A stretch of DNA of 64,000 nt from Oikopleura dioica (taxonomy: Eukaryota; Animalia; Chordata): NCBI GenBank assembly GCA_907165135.1, contig OU015569.1, positions 186,001 to 250,000 of the forward strand, read 5' to 3'. Shown piece by piece: positions 52,587 to 64,000 of the stretch. The notes beneath the pieces are model-generated. The model worked only from the letters and a program-made list of their open reading frames with translations. It searched no databases and was not told the DNA's origin. How positions within the stretch are numbered: the stretch's first letter is position 1; every line of letters begins with the position of its first letter. Position numbers and translations under genes: made by a program.

Positions 52587-54306
52587 CTAAATTTTCGACT
52601 TGAAGTTTTTGATCAAGTGTGGCCACTCGGTCAAGTCCAGATTTTGATCAAAGTTATCAAGGAAAGGAACTCTTTCCTCGATCGCGGCGACATGGGAACG
52701 GTGAATGAGGTCGACGGTGCCGTTTGCATCTTCGACGAGGCAGACCTGCTGGTTGGTGGATCTGAGGGTGGAGGGGCCACTCCATTTTGCATTGGAGTTT
52801 TTGGCGTCTCCGGCGAGTGGGCGTAGCTTGACAACTTGGGGTTTTAGTTTCGAAGCTTCGGTGAACTCGAACTTGACGTTTCCAAGTAAATTGTTTATCG
52901 AGTAGGAAGAGATATTGCTGTTGCGCGAAAAATCTCGTCCTAAGAGTGCTGGGCGGCATTGGCCATCCATCACAGTTGCGGCGAGCTCAAACTGAGGGCC
53001 TTCGTCGAATCTAACCTTGCAGTAGAGGGTTCCCCTTGGAGTTTCAGCTTCTCCGCTAATACCGGCTACATCGTGGGTTGGAGCGCTCAAATTTCGTAGC
53101 ACGTTTTGAGGGATGACATGCGAAGGTAGAATCGTTAAATATGCGCCGGTATCGAATTCGATGTTGCAGTCGAACGAATCTTGTCCTGACTGAAATGTGG
53201 CGCGTAGAAAATATCCAGGGCGAGATTCGACCTTTTCGGTGAGGTGCACTGGAATTGCAGAGAAGAGGGCATGGACATCGGCGAAATTATCGGGTTCCAC
53301 ATTGTAGTGGCTTTTACGCTGCATTTGGTCGGGCTTTTCGGACTTCTCGTCCTTTTTCTGCGCAGAATTCGGGTCCCGATTGTGCCAAGAGCGTTTACCC
53401 TCGCCATGTTTTCCATAGCCTTGCTTCTGTTTGTTGTTGGATCCGGGTTGAGTTTTGTTGACGTTGATGACATCTGAAGAAACGCGGTTTCGGCGACTGG
53501 TCTCGGCTTTGAGTGCGAGGTCATTAAGCGTGAAGGTCTTGTCGATAGAGCTCAGAAGAGCATTGTAAGTGTCGGGCTCCTGGTCTCGGAGGGCTTTGAC
53601 AGCGAACATTGTTGCCCATGCTTCGTGGATATCTTCCACATTTGGCTCAGCATCGTTGTTAGCGGCTTTGAAGGTTTCGAGAAACGCGGCTTTTGCCTCA
53701 GCGAGTTTTGTAGCGAGCTCGGATGTAAAATGAGTCACGGGGCACGATCGGTCAAAAACGATGTCGCTGACATCGAGCATCAGTAGAAAATGCGAGATTT
53801 TCGGGCCATAGTGCTTTTGAGAAGCCCAATGGCGGCGTCGACGTCGTCACAGGCGCGGAGATCGTTACCGATAAATCGGGCGACGTTCGGAGCTAGTTTG
53901 CTGGTAAGAGCGTTGAGGAATATTTTTCGTCGCCGTCGCGGCGTAGATGACTGTCTTTGAATACCCTCATCGCTGTTATGAAATCCACAAACTGGCCGGG
54001 GCTATTCCCTTTGAAGGGCTGGATTGACGCGAAGCTTTTGTAGAACAAGTTGCAGATGTGCTGCTCGCGCTGGTCGTATTCCCTGTTGGAACTTTCGGCC
54101 GGTGGATTGGCGTATTTGCGTTTTCGGACCAGGTCCTTGTAGTGCAAGAATAGCTCACGTTCTTTTTGGAGCTGTTCTTCCTTCATTGTGAGTAGTGCTT
54201 TGTCAGCCGGAGCGGATTCGAGCTTCTTGTTGAGATCAGCGATGAAGTCGGCGATTTGTTCCAGGGCGCCGTCGCATCTTTCGACGGTTTCGGGGAGATT
54301 TGGCAT
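52587..54306 (-). CDS. Gag-aspartic protease polyprotein fused to an integrase C-terminal-like tail (two 1-nt frameshifts)
   Basis: ORFs 53893-54306 and 52587-53780 join through a bridging frame (KIFLNALTSKLAPNVARF) if one A is added at 53923-53927 and one G near 53805. Protease motifs FDTGA and LLGRDF. Tail KWSGP..LIHRSHV resembles the GPY/F integrase tail. Confidence 0.75.
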
Positions 54307-54975
54307 CTCCGAGATGTACTAGAACGGGCGAATCACTGATTTCGAGGATTTCTACCTTGACCGACCCGTTTCTCAAAGACAAGAATTGTCTAGGAGAAAT
54401 TTACGGGGTTTGAAGAGCAAATGAAGATTCAATAGCGGTCGTAGCAGTCGATTGATGTCGTAACTTGGCGGGAGATGTGCGATTTGGAAGAGCTGCCGAG
54501 CTAAGAGGAGCCGATTTACTGCTTTCGAGCGAAATTACCTCGACCGGTCCGACTAACTGAGACTTTTGAGGGTCAAAGTTAGATAACGGACTTGGAGAGC
54601 GCGAAATGTCGTTGAAAATGGGCGTCAGCGGCGGCGCGAGATCGAAATCGCAGCGGTTGCTCAAGTTGACGTGGCAAAACGGTTGGCGCGGCGGTACTTT
54701 TCCACACGCGGCGAATACCGGAAGTAAGTACACGAGTGCTGATCCAGGTTCGTAACGGCCTTGGGCGGAGAAAAACGCTGGACAGGGTAGAAGACGATCA
54801 AAAGTTGGGTAGGGTGGGTGGTATTTGTCGAATCGTAGGGTACTCAGCTGATTTTGGAGAATTTGGAGCGATGAGATGGATGTGTCGAGCGGTAGACAAG
54901 GTGGAGGGTTGAAGGTGTAAGTTCTGGGGCCGCGGGAGTTCTCTATGTCGAATGAAGCGTAGTCTCTGACACCAC

Positions 54976-55177
54976 TAAAGGGTCAATGCACTGCTGGAAA
55001 CACTCTCCCACTGAGACTCTAGCTCCTGGGAATAAAAGACAACAATTCTAGTTTTTAGCTGCTGCTTCTACTTTATTCGAGAGACAACTGACCAGCCGAG
55101 ACTGGCACTGCGCGCGCAACGTCCCACTGATCAGTATCAAAGTTCAACGGGTTCGCCCGGAATGCGCTAACCCTTTA
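54976..55177 (-). repeat. 5' LTR (202 bp)
   Basis: Followed after 1 nt by the PBS. Contains AATAAA on the minus strand. Confidence 0.92.
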
Positions 55178-58100
55178 AAACTTTATATTTTAAGAATTTT
55201 CTCAACCCAATTTCGGTTTGACACCCTTAAATTTTCTGGTCAGCAATTCAAAAACAACTTAAGTTTTTAAATATTTGATCCCAAAGTGGCCATCCCGTTA
55301 ATTTCGAATGGTCAAATTTACAACAACAAAAAGGGGCGAGAGAGTACTCTGCGCCCAAACTGGAGGATTGGAAGTGGCATCGGCCGTCTATTCCAAACCA
55401 CGAGTAACGAACCGGCGCGGTCAGCCAACGACCATGGAAAACTACCACCGGATTACTTGCGTGAAACAAGAATCTCTAACCTAGGAGAGTTAAAAAGAAA
55501 CAAACCCCGAGTTTTTACTTTTATCGAAACTAAAAAAGAGAAAGGCGAGAAGAACTTGATTTTTCAAAATTTCAAGCTAGAAAATTCAAAGCGCCTCAAA
55601 GTACCTTTTCACTTGTGGTGCCTTTACAGTGGCTTGCTTTGTGGCTAGTAGTAGCACCATGATTCTTTCTCGACCACCCGCTCTCAGCTAGCTCGGCTCG
55701 GACGCCTCTTCGTGTAACTGCACCAACACTCTCATCGGCTCGCTTCAAACTCATTCGTTTGATCTGAAAATATTAATCAAATAAAATGTTTAAAAACATT
55801 GCTTCCTAGAATGGTCCGAAAACCTGTGTTTAAAACCTGAGTCAGGGTTTTGATAAGATTTGACGAAAAGCCGCCGTGCGGCTTTTTAAAAACGGAGCCG
55901 CGAAGCGGCTTCGCTGAAATTACCAGCTCTTTCTAGTCAAAAATCTTGTGAAGAGACGGTAACTTTGGCGAAGCTGCGCGGCTTTTCGTTAAACTCTTTC
56001 ACAACCCTGACTCAGGTTTAAAACACAGGTTGCTAGTCCCTTAGATTCGCCAAAAAGAATGAAATGATTCATAATTGAATATTGGCAAATTTTAAATTTC
56101 CAGCGACGCAGGGGGATTATTAATTACAGTCAATAGCGGCTTGTCTCTTTCGTTCGTGGAAAGCGACACACCCAGAGTACGAGAACGCGGGTACACCCTA
56201 CGCAAATGGCACCTGTTGCTCTCTGAGCTGATCTTCTAATCTAGCGCTAGACCCGAATTTCGTATTAACATTAAACCGCCCTCCCCAAAGCCGACAATTT
56301 AATCTCAACCCTACAAACCTTTTTAGAAGCTCGCTGCTCGAATATTTTCGGCAGGAAATAATAATGTTAGCCTCGCTTTTCGGCCAGAAATGCATTATCC
56401 ATAACCCGCCAGGCAAAAGTTCACTCCTCATTTATTGCGTTAAACTAACAAACTAACTTGGCTCTTTCCTGCTCTTTCAAATTATGTACACTCATCGCCA
56501 GTTGAGAAATAAGGCGATTTGGGATCGTTTTTATCGAGAATTAAGGGGGTAGACGTCGATATTCTCACTTTTGGCTGACTGATTTTTGCAACAGCAATAT
56601 TACTGCAGAAATCGAAAAGCCGCTTGCGGCTTTGAGTAGAAAGAACTAAAGCCGCGCTTCGCGCGGCTTTTCTGTCTTTGCTCGAAGCCGCAAGCGGCTT
56701 TTCGATTTCTGCAGGAAATTTACTGCTGTAAAAATCTGAATCTGAAAAGTGAGAATATCGAGGGCTACTCCCTTAATTCTCGATAAAAACGATCCCAAAT
56801 CGACCAAAAGACTCGAGTCAGGTTTTGAACACAGGTTTTCAAGCCCCGAAAGTGTTGAAAAAAAGAGAGAGAGTGATTTGGAAATTAGGCGGAAAATTCA
56901 AGCCGATAGGAGAATTTGTGGTCTCCGTGCAAAATCAATTACATAAAACTCAATCTTTACAAGCGCGAGCATCTGTTCTAATTGTCAATTTCCTACCGCA
57001 TTTTGTCACTACGCCACTCTGAAATCAGTAGATTCAATAAAGCCCAAATCAATGAAAAATCTTTTAATTTCGCAGTTTATACAAATAAGGGTGCGGCCCC
57101 CTTAATTTTATTAAAGAAAAGATGTCGATTTGGAATCGTTTTGCCTGAATTAAGGGGTAGACGTCGATAATAATAAATTATAATATATATGATATAAATT
57201 ATTATTATCGACGTCTACCCCCTTAATTCAGACAAAAACGATTCCAAATCGACCTCTTTCTCGTTAAAAATTAAGGGGGCCGCACCCTTATTTTTATAAT
57301 CTATATATAATATATTATTATCGACGTCTACCCCCTTAATTCCTAAATAATCGATATGGAAATGGAAAAAACGAATCGGGAATGATAAAAATCATAATTA
57401 CGGAGATTGGCTCCTCGTAAAACCATCTGCTTTAAAAAAGTTATTGCAACTGCGATTACGATTGTAATTTCTAACGAGGAGTAAAATTGAGGAAGCGGCG
57501 GCTCTTTTACGATTCCCGCCGTCGCAAAATCGCAAAATTGCAGCAAAAATTGGCAGCTTCTTTTTTGATTGACGCCGATTCCAACTTTAAAGGCTTTCAA
57601 AAAAAGCGCAATTAATTCCAAACCACTCTTTTCCTTCTAGTCTGACGGAGATAAAGAAGCAATCCGACAGATCTTATTTCCGCCAGCCGACGAAAATGAG
57701 GATCAGCTTCGACTGGAAATTCGAAAACGCGAACTTCAGAATCGAAGGAAAATTAAACTTTATGATTTCAACTTGATGAAAATCGTCTAATCGGAATAAA
57801 TCGTAAAAATCACCTCAGCTCGGCGCTAGAACAGCTGCTAGAATTTTCATCGATCAACGAAATCATTCAAAATTTCACTTCTTTTCGACACTTTTGAGGA
57901 AAAAGAAGAGAGAAATGGAAGAATTGATTCGCTCCGTCGACAACTTTTACTTTTCTATCGCAAAGTTCGTCTTTGTCTTTGGCTCTAGAATTCTCATTCG
58001 CACCCTTATTTATCGAACAGTTCTGATCTGCACTGCCTTTTTCATTCTTTACCTTATCTACTCCTATTTCTGAATAAAAAACAATCGATTCTGGGCAGAA

Positions 58101-58496
58101 TTTCGACAAAAGCAATTGTGATTGGAAGAGGAGGTTCTTAAGTTGCGACGTGTTCTGAGGCTTTCTCGAGGAAGGCCGTAGCTACAAATGGGCGATTAGA
58201 TCCATTATCGGGGCATTACTCGTCGCCCAAAAACGTTCAACCTTGGCTTTAAAACATGGCGCAAGAAGCAAAGCCCGTGTCCTCGCCCTCGTCTTGGGAA
58301 GACTGATGCTGTTGCTGCTACTAATGCGCCAGTCTCATGGCAGCGGACTCGTTGCATATGAGACGGCGAATTTTAAACTCTTGCCGAATGCTTTGTGTAT
58401 GCTCGCTCGATAAGCTGATTTCACGAGCCCGATCTCGAATTTTACGCCGCAGGGAGACTTTCTTTCTCGCTCAATATTCCATCCCTCGTTTCGATT

Positions 58497-58678
58497 CAGC
58501 TCAGTAACCTGTGTAGAAAACCTGAGTCAGGGTCTGAAAAAGCTGAAATGAAAAGCCGCGCAGCTACTTTTATATAGAAGCCGCGAAGCGGCTTCATTTG
58601 AAAAGCCGCTACGCGGCCTTCCATTTCAGCTTTTTCAGACCCTGACTCAGGATTTCTACACAGGTTGCTGAGCCCAGA
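58497..58678. mobile_element. A-family MITE (representative): GGGCTCGGCAACCTGTGTAGAAAACCTGAGTCAGGG ... inverted copy
   Basis: About 36-40 bp TIRs around variable centres, often with AAGCCGC-N3/4-GCGGCTT hairpins. Dozens of copies, e.g. ~14300-14400, 22745-22970, 25215-25435, 26770-26960, 29080-29175, 44630-44845, 47400-47580, 48090-48265, 55815-56035 and 62035-62185. The TIR resembles hAT/Charlie ends, but no consistent TSD was found. Confidence 0.8.
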
Positions 58679-59454
58679 ATTGAGTGTTCTTCTCAAAACA
58701 CCTTTCTCAAAACTAGCATGCTAGAATTGAAGGGCCACTGTTTGAAATTCCAGAGGCTAGGTTCAGCAACCTGTGTAAAAACCTGAGTCAGGGTCCTGAG
58801 AGAGTTATGACAAACGTGTAGTATGAAAACATACAGTAGTAATTAGAGGGCGAGGAAAAGGAGCAAACATAGCACGCACTCCAGCAACACGGCGGATGCG
58901 AGAGTGGCTTTAGCATTAGCTTTAGTTTCTCAGCGTTGTTGGCATTTTGGGAAGAAAAGGTCTCCGAGCATTGATTTAAAACTCTCCCCACGCGTCTCTT
59001 CTTTTTTTTTAATGGAACAAGCGTGACCACCGATGATGATCGAAATCGACTGTTCAGTAATTTTTTAATCGAAAAGAAGAAATTTCAAATAATGAGGCGC
59101 GCTTGAATGAAGCATGAATCTCGTATTTCGTAAAATCGCGGCTGGTGTTCAATTTCAAGCGCTAATGAGATGCAGTTTAACAGGTTCGAAAGCCGGTGTG
59201 TTTAGATCGTGGTTTTGGCGGAGAAAAATTTGAAAATTGAGGTCGATTTTCAAAATTCAACGCCATCAACAAAAAGATCATTTTTCAGGGTAGAACCAAT
59301 TTTTGGAACAAATTTTTATGGAAAGGGTTTTGATTGGCCGGTAGGCCAAATACACCAATCTTATTGGTAATCCAAAATTCACTCCCAAAATTGGTTTAGA
59401 CCATTTTTCAAATAACAAAATATCAAGAAAAGAAACGGATTTCCGGAAAAAATC

Positions 59455-59560
59455 CAAAAATCCGAAAAATCAAAAAACCCAAAAAATCCAAAATCCAAAA
59501 ATCCAAAAAATCCAAAAATCCAAAAATCCAAAAAATCCAAAATCCAAAAATCCTAAAATT
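59455..59560. repeat. (AAAAATCC)n minisatellite
   Basis: 7-9 bp unit repeated. Confidence 0.8.
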
Positions 59561-61713
59561 CTTTCCAAAATTGTTAATTTGCCTTTTCTTTCGCTTTTTG
59601 CAGAGGTCAAACTCATCACGTAATAGTAATTACCAACTGTGCGCATTCCTTCTCTCTTGGGATCATTAATAAACATTCCGTAATTACTAAGACTGAGAGG
59701 GGCTAACGGGGCGCGTGTTTATGTTAAATAAAGCAACTCGCGAGCTGTTACCGTTTTCACTCGCGGATAAGAAAAAATCTGAAAAAGATGAATTTCTAGC
59801 AGAAAAACAGTCTCAAAAAAATTTTCTGTATTTTATTGGCTTGGCAACCTGTGTAGAAAACCTGAGTCAGGGTCTGAAAAGTCTTGAATGAAAAGCCGCG
59901 TGCTTGAAAAAGTATAAAAAAGGTTGATTTTTCTAGAGCCAAAATTAAATACAGCCATTTTTTCTTCTTGTGGAGATTGTAGTTTGCAGGTAAACTTGAA
60001 ACTGGCGGGATAAGGGGGTGACAAAGGCACGAGCTACAGTTTCAGGCGGTGCTTGTATTTTGAATTGGTAGAACAGTGCTGTTTTTGTTGCGTCACGGAC
60101 CGAGTCTGTGTGTGTGTCCAAGGTTGTCATCGAAACAATCTAAGCCCCCACTATCTGCTCCCTGCAACATAACTCTAAATATAGCAAAACGCGCAAATTG
60201 CTAGTTTCGCTTTGATGCGCCTGCTCTAAAGCGAAACACGCGTAAACGCAGAAGGGTGAGAAAACGACGCTCCTCCACCACCACCAAGCTCGGAAAAAAC
60301 TGACAAATACCAGCGCTGTTCCATCAAGACAAAAAAGATAGAAAAAGGCTTCGAAAATTGGAAATTTCGAAATGGAGATTTTGGCAAAGCCGCTACGATC
60401 TAGATTCTAGAAGGCCTTACTAATAAAGCCGCGTAGCGGCTTTTTAAAAACGAAGCCGCAAAGCGGCTTCGCCAATATTTTCGATACAAATCTCGCGTTT
60501 TTATTCCAATCGAAAAGCTGCTTGCGGCTTCGAGAAATTATCATTTGAGCCGCACTTCGCGCGGCTTTTTTATTAATTCGAAGCCGCAAGCGGCTTCTCG
60601 ATTGGAAGTAAAAATGCGCGATTTGTATTGAAAATCTTCGTGGCTTCGTTTTTAAAAAGCCGCTTTGCGGCTTTTCTAATGAAGCTCTCTTTGGTGTTAG
60701 AATTAACACTGCTTACCGCATGGCTCGACGGAAGAAATTTCAAGTTTCGTTTTTGATCTTCTTGAAAAATCTCTGTTTTAATTTTCGCTTCTTCTTCTTC
60801 TTTCTGTTCTTTCTCTTGAATCTTCTTGTTGGAAATAATCTCTGTATTGCTTGCGATTTTAGTATTGAAAGTTGAGTCAGCAAGACCCAAAGTAGACTGA
60901 AAAAACGGCAAGACCTGCTACTTGTCAGAAGTGGAAAATCCGCCCGCCCGAAATCGCCACCCGCCGCGCAAAGGGTGCACTCTAGCGCCCCGCCGCGGAC
61001 GCACTTGGGGAAAGAAAAGGCCCCGCGGCACCACCGCCACCAAGTCAGAAAAAACGCCAATGACAAAGATTATACTGTACCTTCTCGGTAAAGAAAACAA
61101 TGCCTTTTTTCCACTGCTTTTTTTCAATTAGAAAAAGAAGAAGATGGATTTTGAGACAAAAGTGATTTTGATAAATAGCTAATAAATCAATTAGCTAATT
61201 AGGAAATCAGAGAGCCGTTATTTTAGGCTTTTTCTTAAACAAAGCCGCAAAGCGTCTTCGGAATTCAATGACCCTTATCTATTTTTAAACACTTTGCGGC
61301 TTCGTGTTTAAAAGCCGCCTTGCGGCTTTTCATTTTAGCTCTTCAAAAAGCCTGACTCAGGTTTTTCACACAGGTTGCCAAAAAGTAACCATCACAATCT
61401 TTCTTTTACGCGTCTACTATTAGTCAAAAGAGCACTTAGTTTCTTCGTCTTTAGTCTTCAGAACTGGTCCTATAGTTGATAGAACCAATTGAGCTGCAAG
61501 GAGCATGTCCTTCAGTCTCACTGAAAGAAGTCAGCAGCCCCTTCGAAGGAGAAGGAATTCCGGATTTGCTGTTCATCGCTGCAGGAAGCTGCCAAAAATT
61601 GAATGGAGAGCGCTGAATGCTGCCTCCACCCCGGGCGACAAGCGCGATGTCAGACTACGACAGCCCACTTGAGATACTATTTTATTCGCAAATCTACTTA
61701 TTCCGCCTTCTTT

Positions 61714-63760
61714 TTATTTCAGCCGAATGTACAAAATAGGAGTCACGACGATCAGACAAATCGACAGCGCCAGAATCGTGTACAGAAAATAATTGATGTC
61801 AAAAGAAAACAACCCTTTTTCAGAATCTCGCTTTTTAAAACTTCCTCCTCCTTTTCGTCTTTTTCTGAAACATCTGGATTTTCCATTTGTCGATGTCTTC
61901 CAGCTTTTTCTTTCTTTTCCAAATCGTCGATCATCATTTGATCAAGCTCTTCTTGAATTTGATTCATTCGTTCTATGTCTTCGATCGAAAGGGAGAGCTA
62001 AATTCACGAGTTAGATAGCATGGTTAGAGTAAGCTGGGCTCGGCAACCTGTGTAGAAAGCCTGAGTCAGGGTCTGAAAATACTGAAATGAAAAGCCGCTA
62101 ATACTACCATTACAATCTAGCAAAAATTCTGGCGAAGATCATTCAGAACCCTGACTCAGGTTTTCGAAACAGGCTGCCGAGCTCAGGGTTTGATTTACTT
62201 GAGGTGGGCTTTTAGCAAAAGCAGTGCGACTTCTTTTTCCGTCCTTTTTCGCTGCCTCTTCTTCTTTTCTCCTTCCCCTTGGTAAAGAACTGCTACAGAT
62301 GCTGGCTCCTAATTCGCCAGGAAAAGCAGCTGCTTTGGCCGTGATTGCGCTCAGATCGAGGAATTCGACGGTGCTCCTCTTCTCGGCTAGTAACGATCTC
62401 TTGCGCGACTGAGAATTTGGAAAAGTGAAAAACGAATGAGTAGTTTTGGGCGGCGATTATACCTTGGGCGAGAACTGACGACAGAGCTTATCATTTTCAG
62501 CTGAAAGCGCTTGTATAAACTCCATGATGGCATAACTCAAATTTTCGGGAAGCCGCTGGAATTCGCTCGCCAGTCGCTTTTGCCGCGCGTCCTTTTGGAC
62601 AGTGCGTTCCAAAACTCGACCAGCCGGGTCCAACTTCTCAGCCACGGAAGACACAGTTCCGCGTCCCGTTCGTGGAGAAACAAACAGCTACTGTAGCTAT
62701 CGACTTTCTCTGCCATCGTGCAAATCGGACAAAGGCTAAAATTCGACGATGAAAACTTTTTTTCAAGAAAGCTTTTCCCGGATTGACGGAAAGTCAACTT
62801 TTGGGTAAAAACCGTGTTTTTAGCGAATTGACGGAAAATCGGTTTTTCGGGAAAAACATTATTTTTTACCGTTTTGGCGCGAGACACTCGGCAGATGGAA
62901 GGATTTCCTTTTCTTCCAAATTTTCCAAAATCTGAGCAGTTTTTCGAGCTTCCACAAAACAGTGCGGGTGCTAAAAAAACTCAATTAAGATCTGATGTTT
63001 TCCACTTTTTGTTCAATACGTTTTGAGCTGCTCGATGAAGGGTTTAAAAAAGGAGAAAACGCTTTTTCTCTCTTTTTGTTGATTTCGCTTTTTGATGAGT
63101 TTTGGAAGCGGCAATTTTGGGCGGGAAAATCGAGAAACTCGCGGTACTCAAGTCGGATTCGCGCGAAAAGGCGGCGAAATGGAAGCTTCGGATTCGGACT
63201 TTTGGACGAGTCGAAAACTGTCTTTCACGGTTATTTAATTATTTTAGATTTCAGCGTTTTGTTTACAGAAAAAACCACCGCCTTGAGGTCGGCTTGAAAC
63301 GACTCAAAGATTACTCTGTTTTGGAAGAATAATTGCTCGTACGCTTTTTTAGTTTTTCAAGCAGCTAATTTTCAATAACTAAACTCTTTCTTAAATTGTC
63401 GATTCAATTAAATTAAAAAATAAATTTACTAATTAAATTTTAATAAAATAATAATAATAAATTAAATATTAAAAAAATAATATTATAAAAAAATGATAAT
63501 AATTTTAAATAATAATTTTTTAATAGGAAATTTTAAATAATTTAATCAATTTTTTAAAAAAAATTTTAAAAACTTCTCCTGTCGCAAAAAATTTATCCAT
63601 ATCAGCGTCAAATTGAAGAAGAAGCGATTTAATCGAGAGCTTGAGTCCCTGAACAGCATTTTGAATGGAGAGGCGCTGCTGCTCGAATTTGTCGAAAATC
63701 ACTTCGCTGATTTCAGCCACGAGCTGGTCCACTTCCGCCTGGGAACAGCAGATTTCCCCG
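61714..63760 (-). CDS. Unknown helical/coiled-coil protein, possibly with a C-terminal transmembrane tail (5'-partial)
   Basis: Open exons at ~63575-63760, ~62463-62700, ~62202-62409 and ~61810-61997. The hydrophobic YFLYTILALSICLIVVTPILYIRLK* joins only if one base is added at ~61809-61812. Confidence 0.4.
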
Positions 63761-64000
63761 GAACAGCTGAATTCGAGAAATAAATCAGTTAAATATTGTT
63801 TTTACCTGAGTTCGAAGTGCCGCGCTGCTGAAAAAATTATTTGACTTTTTAAAAATCAAAGTTGTTGAAGTTCATTTCGGAATTTTTATTTTTAAAGATT
63901 AAGTTACTTCAAGATTCTAGTTTGACTTTATTTTTTAGTTTCCTGTCGATAGTTTCTTATAGAAAAATTGGATTTTTAAATCATGGATGAGTTCAATTCA

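Larger units (their letters stand above)
51879..55177 (-). mobile_element. Non-autonomous Ty3/gypsy-like LTR retrotransposon (3299 bp), internally deleted
   Basis: Direct repeats at 51879-52081 and 54976-55177. Target duplication AAAC at 51875-51878 and 55178-55181. PBS TGGTGTCAGA at 54965-54974 and PPT AAGGGGAGG at 52082-52090. Gag-protease ORF present; no RT, RNase H or integrase core. Confidence 0.9.

Noticed and set aside
62202-62240. KRSRTAF resembling a homeodomain N-terminal arm
   Set aside because: No helix 1-3 or WFQN-type sequence follows in this or the next exons.

Overview
Eukaryotic (animal) genomic DNA. It is gene-dense, with many 42-49 nt introns and several GC-AG or GA-AG splice sites, which best fits an Oikopleura-like appendicularian tunicate (inference). 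Reconstructed by hand: 3' part of a cytoplasmic intermediate filament gene, a large coiled-coil gene, tRNA-Val(CAC), a six-repeat gelsolin-family gene, beta-tubulin, a jacalin-like lectin gene, two unrelated RING-finger genes (one with a duplicated 3' exon cassette), PCNA, and two or more unknown genes. Also present is a 3.3 kb non-autonomous Ty3/gypsy-like LTR element with unusual TA...TA ends. Introns and intergenic DNA are saturated with short palindromic elements (hAT-, piggyBac- and Kolobok-like MITEs and a foldback-like element). The most striking pattern is nesting: two shared hairpin cores sit at the centre of larger inverted repeats whose arms differ between loci, and one core also forms palindromic dimers and trimers. 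No transposase gene is in the window. Several coding frameshifts fall in homopolymers, so single-base oddities may be assembly errors. All exon boundaries are manual and unverified by transcript data.
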